Shown here piece after piece: positions 38,114 to 47,911 of a stretch of 64,000 nt of DNA. The notes under the pieces were generated by a model. That model was not told the origin of the DNA. It did not search any database and was given only the letters and a program-made list of their open reading frames with translations. Within the stretch, counting starts at the first letter, position 1. Every line of letters starts with the position of its first letter. The stretch covers positions 1,248,001-1,312,000 of the forward strand of contig CP084166.1 in assembly GCA_021513695.1 (NCBI GenBank). The letters are read 5' to 3'. The position numbers and the translations under genes are program-made. The DNA is from Candidatus Heimdallarchaeum aukensis (GTDB taxonomy: Archaea > Asgardarchaeota > Heimdallarchaeia > Heimdallarchaeales > Heimdallarchaeaceae).

Positions 38114-38845
38114 ATGTTTGGGAAAAGAGAGAAAGACAAAAAAAAGAAAAAAAAAGAAATCGATTACATACACTTAACAAGAAATGAAAAAATAAAAAAG
38201 ATAATTATTTTCACAATAAAATCCGGTTTAGGAACTATTGGAACAATTGTTGTAATAAGCGTTATTTTATATTTATTCCATTACGACCCATTTTTCTTTT
38301 TTGAAAGATCGATTCTAATTATTTCTGCATTTATTCTTTTAACAGGAGGATGTATCGGAGGTCTAGGTCGGTACCACCCATCTCCTAAATTGAGAATAAT
38401 TGAACCAGAAGACCAAGGAGTTATTCCTCCTTCTTTTAGAATCAAAGTAAAGTATGACAAAGACCTAATCCAAAAAGAAACAATTACAATTAAAGTAAAT
38501 GAAAAAGAGATGCCTAAAAAAGAAGAAAAAGATGATGTAATTTCTGTTCCGAAAATATTCAAGACAGAACCAAAGAAGGCAATTCCTCTAGATATTAATG
38601 TTGTTGCTCTCAATAATAAAGGAAAGGAAATTAAAGACCAAATTAAAGTTATATGCGATCCTGATGAAGACCCTGAAGACTATGAAGATTACTGGGAATT
38701 CAAAAAAGATAATTATTGGACTAAAGAAACAAAATCAGCAAACAGATCTGCAAAACAAGGATTACGAGCTTTAAAATTAATATCACTCTCTATAACTTTA
38801 CTACTCATTAATGCTCTAGTTACAGCTATTAGAGGATGGGTATAA
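38114..38845 (+). CDS. Membrane-anchored protein with extracytoplasmic domain
   Basis: Lys-rich N-terminus, two TM helices, C-terminal TM. Confidence 0.4.
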   Translation: MFGKREKDKKKKKKEIDYIHLTRNEKIKKIIIFTIKSGLGTIGTIVVISVILYLFHYDPFFFFERSILIISAFILLTGGCIGGLGRYHPSPKLRIIEPEDQGVIPPSFRIKVKYDKDLIQKETITIKVNEKEMPKKEEKDDVISVPKIFKTEPKKAIPLDINVVALNNKGKEIKDQIKVICDPDEDPEDYEDYWEFKKDNYWTKETKSANRSAKQGLRALKLISLSITLLLINALVTAIRGWV

Positions 38846-38963
38846 AATTCTAATTAAGGAGGGAGATTTTAAAATTTCTATTTGCATTCTAGTGCACACA
38901 CGTAATAACCAACACTTTAAATATTTATTTTGAGGATATAAATTTAAGAATTAATTTTTATAA

Positions 38964-41198
38964 ATGTTAAGAGGTCGAAAATTGAATAAAAAAACAGTAT
39001 ACATTATAATTTGGAATATACTATCTATTTACATTTTGGTTTCTAGTTTATCATACCATAATGTAATTGCTGAAGATATAACAATAAATGAAAATAGTGG
39101 TGTTTCACCAAAAGATTTGTTTTTGAAAGACCCTACTAATCCTACTCAAGTATTGAAAGCAGAAATAAATCAGAAAAAAGATCAACTTGTTAGCTTTTCT
39201 CCAAGAGTATCGAATGACAAAGAATTTTCTGATGCATTAGATGATGAGAGGAGTTTCTGGACAATTCAGAGTTTTAATAGCTATCCTTATACATATGTTC
39301 AAATTACGGCAACATTATTGGCTATTGGAGACCACACTTATGTCTATGTTGCAAATAGTGTAATTAATAATGTAGGAAAATCTACTGCACAATCAAAAGC
39401 TGAAACTTACAGAGATGAATTTGATGATGTTATTTATCCATCAGATACGTTATACTTTGGCTCTCCTGATGGATATCTAGGAGATATTGATGGTGACCCA
39501 AAAGTAACCATGTTATTACTATCTCTTGATGGGGGTGTTGCTGGTTATTTTGATCCTATTAACGAGTACGTTGACTCGAATTCGAATCAAAGAGAAATGA
39601 TTTATGTCAATTATGATATGTCAGATATTCAATATAGCTTTGCTGTTATTGCCCATGAATTTCAGCATTTAATACATTTTAATCATGATCAAGATGAACT
39701 ATGGTTTATTGATGAAGGGTGTTCTGAATTTGCAACTTATGCCGCTGGATATTGGGCTGGAAATGACAATCTGACTTATTTTGCTGAAGATAATTTTGCA
39801 AATAATCCCATAGATTCTTTGCTTTATTGGAATTACGATAGTGAAGGAGGATACGATGTTAGAATCGATTATGGTGGAGCATATTTGTTTATATTTTATC
39901 TGGCAGAGAAATATGGCTTTCAAATAATTGAAACTTTAGTTGCTGAAACAGCAAACGGAGCTCAAGGAGTTGAAAATGCTCTCATTGATGAAGAGATTCC
40001 TCTCACATTCAACGATTTATATCTAAATTGGATCACTGCATTGACTATCGATGCACCGAATATTGAAGGCGGATTATATGGGTTCGTGAATTTAGACATT
40101 CAAATAAAAGTTAAGACTGAAATTTCAAATGTTCCTACAGAAAGTAATAATGAATTGCATAGATATTATGGTATCCATGTAACTAAAATTACATCCGGAA
40201 GCGATAATATATTCTTTGAAATTTCAGGTTCTGACCAATATGCAATAGGCTTTTCAATTGCAGTTTTGGATTCTGAGGGCTGGCATATTAATCAGTCAAT
40301 AAGTGACATTTCAACTGAATCTAAATTGGAGATAATACAAGGAAAAGACATTTTGCGCATTTATGTTATTACAAGTTTATTAGATCCTGACACACCTTTT
40401 GTTGACAGTAATGATCAATTTGGATTAGGTCCTTACGAATATCTGGACTTGAACATATATGTAGGCAATCCATTATCTATCCAAAATGTACATTCAACTT
40501 ATGAAGAATCAACATGGACATACATTATTTCTGGAGTACGTATTTATGATGTAAACAATACAGAACTCGATAACACTTCTCAAATTGATGTTTTCGTAGA
40601 ATTTAAGGGAAGCGAAGGATTTCAAATGATAAAATCGCTAAATTATTCAGATACAGATTATTGGAATGGTCAATTTTCATTACAAAGTTTTTCAGAAGAT
40701 ACTTATTCAGTAAAACTTTTTGCTAAAAATAGTTCAGCTTTTGGAAGAATCAATCTAGCCGACATTATTGTTGAACACATCATTACTGTAGAAAAACCAT
40801 CTATTGAAATTTCAGGAGATTACTTAGTTATAACTGTTGGAGCTTCTTACACTCAACTTAATGGTTGGGAAAATTTCACTAAATATGCCGAGGTAAAAGC
40901 AGTTATCTATGACATTTCTTCAAGTACTCCTGCAGATGTAATTGATTTATCTTATGACTCTGGATTAGATAAATGGACTAGTGGAAGCTACTATTATGCA
41001 AATCTTACTTATGGTGATTATTACGTGTCTGTAACTTTTAAATATGGTTACCGAACTGTCACATCAAATAATTCAGATATTTTTTCAATCGAGACAGAAG
41101 ACACTACACCTCCAAGCTTTACTCCTTTCCCATTAATATCGACAACTTTAGCAATTGCCACCCTTGTTGCTGTTTTAACCCTGAAAAAGCGAAAATAA
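38964..41198 (+). CDS. Secreted zinc metallopeptidase-like protein (HExxH) with C-terminal TM anchor
   Basis: N-terminal signal/anchor helix, HEFQHLIHF ... DEG (zincin-like motif), C-terminus PPSFTPFPLISTTLAIATLVAVLTLKKRK (TM plus basic tail). Confidence 0.55.
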   Translation: MLRGRKLNKKTVYIIIWNILSIYILVSSLSYHNVIAEDITINENSGVSPKDLFLKDPTNPTQVLKAEINQKKDQLVSFSPRVSNDKEFSDALDDERSFWTIQSFNSYPYTYVQITATLLAIGDHTYVYVANSVINNVGKSTAQSKAETYRDEFDDVIYPSDTLYFGSPDGYLGDIDGDPKVTMLLLSLDGGVAGYFDPINEYVDSNSNQREMIYVNYDMSDIQYSFAVIAHEFQHLIHFNHDQDELWFIDEGCSEFATYAAGYWAGNDNLTYFAEDNFANNPIDSLLYWNYDSEGGYDVRIDYGGAYLFIFYLAEKYGFQIIETLVAETANGAQGVENALIDEEIPLTFNDLYLNWITALTIDAPNIEGGLYGFVNLDIQIKVKTEISNVPTESNNELHRYYGIHVTKITSGSDNIFFEISGSDQYAIGFSIAVLDSEGWHINQSISDISTESKLEIIQGKDILRIYVITSLLDPDTPFVDSNDQFGLGPYEYLDLNIYVGNPLSIQNVHSTYEESTWTYIISGVRIYDVNNTELDNTSQIDVFVEFKGSEGFQMIKSLNYSDTDYWNGQFSLQSFSEDTYSVKLFAKNSSAFGRINLADIIVEHIITVEKPSIEISGDYLVITVGASYTQLNGWENFTKYAEVKAVIYDISSSTPADVIDLSYDSGLDKWTSGSYYYANLTYGDYYVSVTFKYGYRTVTSNNSDIFSIETEDTTPPSFTPFPLISTTLAIATLVAVLTLKKRK

Positions 41199-41224
41199 CT
41201 CTTTTTTCTTTTTTTTAAAAAAAT

Positions 41225-41334
41225 TAGTACTTCCGAATTATCTCAAAAAGTATGAATTGAGAACACGCCAATGATAGTATGAACTCCTATAATTTTAACT
41301 TATAGAAATCAGTCAACTTATTGCGGAAGTACTA
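41225..41334. mobile_element. MITE-like element, copy 2 (110 bp, same 11-bp TIRs, flanked by AAAAAT direct repeats)
   Basis: 109/110 identical to 25566-25675 (single difference at element position 76: 41300 t vs 25641 c); sits 44 bp upstream of the MglA-like gene start. Confidence 0.75.
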
Positions 41335-41378
41335 AAAAATCTAATAATGTTTAAATATATCGAAACCAATTTTTTATT

Positions 41379-42137
41379 ATGAGTCAATCAGAGCTCCAGT
41401 TATCAGATATTTTTAGCGTAGATAAAGATGGAAAGCCCACAATCAAAATTGTTCTTTTTGGTCCCACCTTAGCTGGAAAAACCAGTATGCTTACCGTTTT
41501 TAATGCTTTAAGAAGAATGGAAGATCCAGATCTTATTGTAAGTTCTCTTACCAAAATCCAAGAATATGGTCGAACAGTTTTCTTTGATCACTCTGTTTTT
41601 CAAACACCACCTTTCAAAGGTAAGAAATTTGATCGTCTTCGTTATCATCTATGGACAGTTCCTGGGGAAGAGAGACATAAGGCCCAAAGAGATATTGTTA
41701 TGAGAGGTGTAGATGCTGTTTTACTATTTTTAAATTTTGAAAAAACTGCTTGGGATTCAAATGTTAAAACAGTGAAAGAAGCAAAAGCAAAAATAGGAGA
41801 AAAATTCGGGAAAAAGATTCCAGTTGTTGCGTATATTAATAAATCAGACCTTCCTCCTGAAGAGCGTACAGATAAGCGTGCGTTTATTACATTTTTACAA
41901 GATATTGAAGCTATTCCAAAAGAGAATGTTGCAAACTATATTATGACTGGTAGTTGTCTTAATGCTCGTAATGACTTATTAACCATCTTAAAATCAGAAA
42001 ATCGTGATGAATACCTTGAAAATGAAAGATTGAAAACTAGTAAGCGTCCTGATTCAGTTTGGTTAGTGGTACGACCTATTCAAAAGCTTACACAATTAGT
42101 CGTACAGCAAAGAATGGAAGTTCTACAAGGCATATAA
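41379..42137 (+). CDS. MglA-like Ras-superfamily small GTPase (paralog of 26379-27146)
   Basis: KIVLFGPTLAGKTSML, GRTVFFDH, RYHLWTVPGEERH, YINKSDLPPE; matches MglA motif by motif. Confidence 0.75.
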   Translation: MSQSELQLSDIFSVDKDGKPTIKIVLFGPTLAGKTSMLTVFNALRRMEDPDLIVSSLTKIQEYGRTVFFDHSVFQTPPFKGKKFDRLRYHLWTVPGEERHKAQRDIVMRGVDAVLLFLNFEKTAWDSNVKTVKEAKAKIGEKFGKKIPVVAYINKSDLPPEERTDKRAFITFLQDIEAIPKENVANYIMTGSCLNARNDLLTILKSENRDEYLENERLKTSKRPDSVWLVVRPIQKLTQLVVQQRMEVLQGI

Positions 42138-42254
42138 CCTTTTTTTATCTTTTTTTCACGATGTTTATATAGTATTTTCTAGATTATTGTTTAAAGTAAA
42201 TCAAGTGTCTAATTCGATACTTATAATGTAGTAAATATAAAAGGAGTAGATAAA

Positions 42255-43301
42255 ATGCCAATAGAACCAATGACTAAGGCAGTTGGAGTAGATCTCGGTA
42301 CATCAACAATAAAACTAGTGAGTGGGAATCATTCTTATCGGATTCCCTCAGTAATTGGATCACCAAATCCTGGATGGTCAGGAATGGTGCAAGACAAAAG
42401 TTGGTTAAACAACTTAATAATTGAGGATGCAAATGGAAATGACGTTTATATCGGAGAACTCGCTAGATTACAAAGTGAAATACGTAAGTCTTTAGCTAGC
42501 GAGGGTAAAATGAAGTCTATTGAAAATAGTATATTAGCCTTAAAAGCAATTTTAAGTTTAATTATGAAATCCAATTACGAGCAATTTGTTGTTGCAACTG
42601 GAGTTCCTATTGCTACTGGAGTTGAAGAAAGTAAAGAACTAATTAGAGGACTTAAGGGAACCCACGAAATTAAGGTAAAAAATGATGCTACCGGAGAAAC
42701 AAAGCAAATGAAAATACTCGTGGAACAAGCTTTAGTTATGCCTGAGCCTTATGGAACCTATTACAATATATTAAAAACATCTGGAGTTACTACAGCTGTC
42801 GATTCAGTCATTGTAGACATAGGACATGGTACTACGGACATTTTATGTATGTATAATGGGCGTATAATGAGAGCCGCTTCAGGCTCATTAGAGGAAGCAA
42901 CAGATAGCTTAACAAGTGCCCTTTCAAGAGCAATTCAAGAAAAAAGTGGAAAAATCATTCGACCTTTTGATCTTATGAAAACTATAGAACAAGGCAAGAG
43001 GACAATTCTTGCGGGAGGAAAAGTATTAGACATCGGAAGTGCAGTAGATCAATCTATTGAAACTATCTCAGAAGTAATTATTGACGAGACAAATCGATTA
43101 CTAAATAACCTTCCACCTGATGCATGGATAGAAAAAGTTATGGTTACTGGTGGAGGAGCCTACATTTTTGGTAAATACTTAAAACAAGCTTTCTTTGAAG
43201 CAGACATTGTAAAATCGCCAGATGAAGTAATTGTTCCTAAAGATGCAGTAATGTCTAATGCTATTGGTTTTGAAATGATTGCAAAAACAAAAATGAAGTA
43301 A
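42255..43301 (+). CDS. Actin-fold ATPase (MreB/ParM-like actin homolog)
   Basis: Phosphate-1 VGVDLGTSTIKLV, phosphate-2 VDIGHGTTDI, adenosine motif VTGGGAYIFG; AAGGAG Shine-Dalgarno-like motif upstream. Confidence 0.75.
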   Translation: MPIEPMTKAVGVDLGTSTIKLVSGNHSYRIPSVIGSPNPGWSGMVQDKSWLNNLIIEDANGNDVYIGELARLQSEIRKSLASEGKMKSIENSILALKAILSLIMKSNYEQFVVATGVPIATGVEESKELIRGLKGTHEIKVKNDATGETKQMKILVEQALVMPEPYGTYYNILKTSGVTTAVDSVIVDIGHGTTDILCMYNGRIMRAASGSLEEATDSLTSALSRAIQEKSGKIIRPFDLMKTIEQGKRTILAGGKVLDIGSAVDQSIETISEVIIDETNRLLNNLPPDAWIEKVMVTGGGAYIFGKYLKQAFFEADIVKSPDEVIVPKDAVMSNAIGFEMIAKTKMK

Positions 43302-43332
43302 AAAAATAATTAAATTAACAAAATTAACAGAA

Positions 43333-44085
43333 TTAGCTATTTTTTTTATTGTTTCTTTTTTCTTCAAGCTTTAGCGCGTATTCTGGACTAAAAATAAGAT
43401 AAATAACCATGTAGGTTGCTAAGAAGTAAGCGGGATATACCATTATTGAAAAAGGAAAGAAGATGAAGCATAGTATAATAACAGTTGTACTTATAATCCA
43501 AAACAAGTCAAATTTACTAGGAACACCTTTAAAAGATGGAAAAGGTGTTTTTGAGATCATAAAACCAGAAATGACTAATGTAGCGATAATAAATTCCCAA
43601 GCAGGTGTTTCATGAAACACAACAAGACAAGATAAGACTAAAGCAGCAAATGGACTAGGAAGACCAGTAAAGTATAAGGTATAAAGAGGGTCTCTTTTAA
43701 CAAATCTATATAATCTGTACCATACTGAAGATAAATAAACTAGTCCTGTTAATACACCTACAGCAATGTGGATTGATGAAACTTCATAAGCTAGAAATAT
43801 TGCTGGTAAAATACCAAAAGCTATAGCATCAACTATGGTATCAATATCAACTGCTAGTTTCTTACTCCCACCTATCCTTGCTAATTTTCCATCTGTAAAA
43901 TCTAGGACTCCACAAATAGCAAGTATTTTTGCAAACCAAAGGATATAGTTATTCACTTCCAAGAATATGAAAACTATAGCAAGAATTGCTAATGAGATAT
44001 TTCCTAAAGTCATCAAATTTGCAAGTATAATTGCTGTTTTCTTAATCCAACCTTTTTGAAGAAATTCAATATCACTCCAACTCAA
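43333..44085 (-). CDS. pssA: CDP-alcohol phosphatidyltransferase (archaetidylserine synthase-like)
   Basis: DFTDGKLARIGGSKKLAVDIDTIVDAIAF matches D-G-x2-A-R-x8-G-x3-D-x3-D. Confidence 0.75.
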   Translation of the reverse strand: MSWSDIEFLQKGWIKKTAIILANLMTLGNISLAILAIVFIFLEVNNYILWFAKILAICGVLDFTDGKLARIGGSKKLAVDIDTIVDAIAFGILPAIFLAYEVSSIHIAVGVLTGLVYLSSVWYRLYRFVKRDPLYTLYFTGLPSPFAALVLSCLVVFHETPAWEFIIATLVISGFMISKTPFPSFKGVPSKFDLFWIISTTVIILCFIFFPFSIMVYPAYFLATYMVIYLIFSPEYALKLEEKRNNKKNS

Positions 44086-44095
44086 TTAAATCCAC

Positions 44096-44749
44096 TCAGT
44101 TATCTTTTAATTGTGCTAGAACACTTAATCCCGCACGAACACTTGTTGAAACAGAAACAGTTGTTAAAAAGTTTTTTCCGCCCACAATTTTCAAATGTGT
44201 AATTGAGCCAAACCTTATAGTTCCAATTTTTTGTCCTTGGGTTATTACATCTCCAGGTTTAACATATGATATTGTTCTTCTTGCAAAAATCCCTGAAACT
44301 TGAACTACATAAGCAATAATATCTAATTCTTTGTTAACTATTTTTATTGTATTTCTTTGATTTCTTTTTGCATAATTAGGAAAATAAACAGGCCAATGAG
44401 ATCCTTTTTTAAATTCTACACTTTCAACAGTTCCACTTATTGGTGCTCTATTCATATGAACATCGAAGGGAGACATACGTATTGTAAAATAAAGTTCATT
44501 TTCCTTTTTACTTACTTCTGATAATATCCCATCTGCAGGAGCTAATATTTGCTCTTCATTTAAACTAATCTCTCTTTCTGGATCTCTAAATGTCCAAATC
44601 AAAAATAAACAAATGAAGATTATTATTGAGGGAAACAAAGTAATCCAATAGTATTTAGTAATAATCAAAATAATGGAAACTACTATTGATAATGAGCTTA
44701 AAATTAAGCATAAACCGACTATTTTTTCCGAACTTTTGGCAACTTTCAT
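44096..44749 (-). CDS. psd: Archaeal-type phosphatidylserine decarboxylase proenzyme
   Basis: LAPADG, SPFDVHMNRAPISG, and IRFGSIT (the FGS self-cleavage/pyruvoyl site); adjacent to pssA. Confidence 0.7.
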   Translation of the reverse strand: MKVAKSSEKIVGLCLILSSLSIVVSIILIITKYYWITLFPSIIIFICLFLIWTFRDPEREISLNEEQILAPADGILSEVSKKENELYFTIRMSPFDVHMNRAPISGTVESVEFKKGSHWPVYFPNYAKRNQRNTIKIVNKELDIIAYVVQVSGIFARRTISYVKPGDVITQGQKIGTIRFGSITHLKIVGGKNFLTTVSVSTSVRAGLSVLAQLKDN

Positions 44750-44869
44750 TTTAACCGATTAATAAATTTGATAAAGGAATTTATTTAATTCTTTGAGTTT
44801 AAGCATTTTTTCAGAAATAAAAACATTCTGTTATTATATTCTAAAAAAGAAAAAAGAAAAGAAATTAGT

Positions 44870-47800
44870 TTAAAACTGTCTTTTTCTTAAAATATAGACT
44901 AAAGACATTAAGGTTACAAGCCCAACAAATATTGATGTATAAGGTGTTTTTGTTGGCTCAGTCTCTGTTGGTTCAGTAGGAGCAGTCTTATACAGTATAT
45001 AGTCTGCATCTAGAACATTTCCAAAATCATCTACTGCATATACATGAATAATATTCTTCTCTTGTGTTAAATGATATGGATATATTCTAAATGAAGCAGA
45101 TTTTGCACCAACAGAAAGTTGAACCTCTTCACCATTTAATGTTACTGAAATGTTATTTGCTGAACTCAATTCATCTTTAACAGTAAAGTCGATATAAGCA
45201 CCAGTCATAGCAGAACCGTTTGTCCAACCTCCACTTCCTATCAGAATAGGAGGTGTGCTATCTAGAATAAATTGACCTATGTATTTATCATCAGTAGTTA
45301 ATATTGTAAAAGTATACTTTCCATCTTCTTCAAGTGTCATTGAATATGAATAAGTTCCAGTTCCAGTGCTAGTAAGAGTAACATCTGTTTTTGTTTCTGT
45401 ACCGTTTACATCAACATATGTCACAGAAGCACTTAATGATGTAGAAGCGGGTATGGCTGTAATATCAAAATCAACTTTGTTGTCTGCTCTTGTAGCATAA
45501 ACAACTACTTTATTGTCTGCAAGTAACCACTTAATAAGATTGTCTGCAAAAACAGCATTTGTAGTTCCGTCATTATAATTTTCGACAAAACCTTCTGTAT
45601 CTATAAAGAAGTTAGTTGTACAAACTACTACTCTTCCTCCGTTCTCATTCTCAAAAGCTGCTGCTGTTGCTTCTCCTTCAAATTCTAATAATTCAACAGC
45701 TTTTCCTGTTGTTGTTAAGGAGGTTCCATAATGATCAACTTTGGCTACATTTTCAGTTATTCTGTGAAGATTTTTTACATTTGCAGTAAGAGGTTCTTCA
45801 AAACTATAAAATCCTTCATCTACTTGAATGTCATAAGGCTCAATGAGTTTGTTTACCATTGTAACATTGTTTCCAATAACCAACCCATAATCTGGATCCT
45901 TTGATGCTCCAAGAAGATCAATAAACAATGATCCTCCATTCGCCACATAGTCTTGTATAGCTGTTATTTCATCTGCTGTTAATGCGCCATAAGTTTGAGC
46001 TTTAGTGGATGGAAAATTTGGATAGATGGTATTAAATGGATCAGCGAACCAAATTGCATCGTAATCAGCTAGCAATTCTGAAGTTATTTCTCCTTTAGTT
46101 ATTTCGTTTACTGCTATTCCCTTACTGTTTAGATCTTCAATAAAGTAAATATATTGGCCTAATAAATGGTCCATTCCCCAGTTTGTATGCATCTTTGCTA
46201 GTAAAATTCTCTTTTCTCCAGGTACAACTTTAACTTTTATTATTGTCTCTGCTGTAACTCCTTTAGCTGTTTCAAAAGTTATTTTTCCTTCATAATCTCC
46301 TACAGCAGCATCTAGAGGGACATCAAAGATAAGTTCATAGTTTTTGTCCCAAGGATCTGTTGCTGGGGTGGTATTTAATGTGGCAATTTGAGTAATTGTT
46401 CCTGATAAGACTGGTGTTTTATCTTCCCAAGGAGTAGAAGATACAGATTTAACATAAATAGAAGCATAGAAACCTTGGTTTATCTCTTGATAGAATGGCA
46501 CATCAAGTTCTGGAATAGCCCATAATAGAACTGGAAAACCGCTATCGTTTTTAGGAGCGGCTTTAATTAAGTCTAATGCTTTTCCTAAATCTGGAACTCC
46601 TGCACCAAATTTCAAATAATCTAATCCTTGATCATCAGCTGAAAGCATCATTGCAGTCTTAATCATACCTGCATCATAAGGAATGCTCAATCCTTTTAAG
46701 ACATCAATAAGTACAGCTGCTGCTCCAGTAATTGCAGGAGTAGACATTGAAGTTCCTTGCATAGAAACATAATCAGTAGAACTTGCGATACCACAGCTCA
46801 TAATACCCATACCAGGAGCTGCTAGATCAGGTTTTACATATCCATCAGCAGTAGGACCGACAGAACTGAAATAAGCTTGTCCTTGACCGGTTTGTTTAGT
46901 TGCAGCTACAGAAATACTTTGAGCTTCTGCCCCAGGAGACTCAACTGTATAATAGTTTGTTCCACTATTTCCAGCTGCGACTGCAACAAGAATATTATTT
47001 AGGTAAAGTTCTCTAATCATTGCTTCTTCAGCATCTTGTCCTTCAGTATCTGTTCCACCCCAACTGAGGTTTATTACATTCACAATAGTTCCATTCTCTT
47101 TTAATTCTAGAGCATACTCAAAAGCAGCAATAAAAGCCTCAGGAGGAGCAGGACTTCCTAAGCGTCCTACAAGGATTTTTGCTTCAGGAGCCATTCCTAT
47201 ATATTCAGCATTTCCTACTCCAGCTCCAGCCATAATTCCAGCTGTGTGAGTACCATGTCCATTTTCATCTTCAATACTAGGATCATTAATATCATAACCG
47301 TTTTCCTTGGTAATGAAAGACTTACTTTCTTCCATTATTCTTCCTTGGAAATCAACATGTTGAGTATTAATTCCTGAGTCAATATCATATGCGATAATAG
47401 AGCTTCCCTTATATCCTAAATCCCATAAGAAACTTACATTTAGAATATCAGCTGTCTGCTTAGTCAATTTAATTTTTTCAGCATTAGATACAAGATAGAC
47501 TGGATCTTCTGGTTGCTTAATTTGAGTATATTTAGTATCAGTTAAATCGAAAACATTCTTTACTCCGTCAATTGATTTCAAGTTATCTTTTTCACTTAAC
47601 ATGTCTTCAACAATTACCATTTTTAAATAAGGATAGACTCGTTTTACATCATGTTGAGAGACAAAATTCTCTAATGCTTCAGGATTAGAGAAGTGAATAA
47701 GATATTTTCGCATCGAATCGACAAATGGTTGTTGAATTTCAACTTCTCTGGGTTCAATTGAAACTTCAGAACTTACTTGTTCTGTATTCGCGTGAATTAT

Positions 47801-47911
47801 TGAACCAGATTGTAATAAAATAAGCAATATTGTTATTGTACTGAACACATACATAATCTTTCTGCGGTTCATAATACAAGCTTTTTTGAGATATTCATAA
47901 AGTTTACTCAA
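44870..47911 (-). CDS. Secreted subtilisin-like serine protease (S8) with C-terminal domains and TM anchor (1013 aa)
   Basis: Signal peptide; Asp YDIDSGI, His HGTHTAGIMAG, Ser GTSMSTPAITG; C-terminal TEPTETEPTKTPYTSIFVGLVTLMSLVYILRKRQF. Confidence 0.85.
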   Translation of the reverse strand: MSKLYEYLKKACIMNRRKIMYVFSTITILLILLQSGSIIHANTEQVSSEVSIEPREVEIQQPFVDSMRKYLIHFSNPEALENFVSQHDVKRVYPYLKMVIVEDMLSEKDNLKSIDGVKNVFDLTDTKYTQIKQPEDPVYLVSNAEKIKLTKQTADILNVSFLWDLGYKGSSIIAYDIDSGINTQHVDFQGRIMEESKSFITKENGYDINDPSIEDENGHGTHTAGIMAGAGVGNAEYIGMAPEAKILVGRLGSPAPPEAFIAAFEYALELKENGTIVNVINLSWGGTDTEGQDAEEAMIRELYLNNILVAVAAGNSGTNYYTVESPGAEAQSISVAATKQTGQGQAYFSSVGPTADGYVKPDLAAPGMGIMSCGIASSTDYVSMQGTSMSTPAITGAAAVLIDVLKGLSIPYDAGMIKTAMMLSADDQGLDYLKFGAGVPDLGKALDLIKAAPKNDSGFPVLLWAIPELDVPFYQEINQGFYASIYVKSVSSTPWEDKTPVLSGTITQIATLNTTPATDPWDKNYELIFDVPLDAAVGDYEGKITFETAKGVTAETIIKVKVVPGEKRILLAKMHTNWGMDHLLGQYIYFIEDLNSKGIAVNEITKGEITSELLADYDAIWFADPFNTIYPNFPSTKAQTYGALTADEITAIQDYVANGGSLFIDLLGASKDPDYGLVIGNNVTMVNKLIEPYDIQVDEGFYSFEEPLTANVKNLHRITENVAKVDHYGTSLTTTGKAVELLEFEGEATAAAFENENGGRVVVCTTNFFIDTEGFVENYNDGTTNAVFADNLIKWLLADNKVVVYATRADNKVDFDITAIPASTSLSASVTYVDVNGTETKTDVTLTSTGTGTYSYSMTLEEDGKYTFTILTTDDKYIGQFILDSTPPILIGSGGWTNGSAMTGAYIDFTVKDELSSANNISVTLNGEEVQLSVGAKSASFRIYPYHLTQEKNIIHVYAVDDFGNVLDADYILYKTAPTEPTETEPTKTPYTSIFVGLVTLMSLVYILRKRQF

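Noticed and set aside
42255-43301. Possibility that the actin homolog is a lokiactin (true actin ortholog)
   Set aside because: The sequence lacks the strong identity to eukaryotic actin seen in lokiactins. The phosphate-2 DIGHGTTD and VTGGGA motifs are MreB/ParM-like. It is therefore called a generic actin-fold ATPase.
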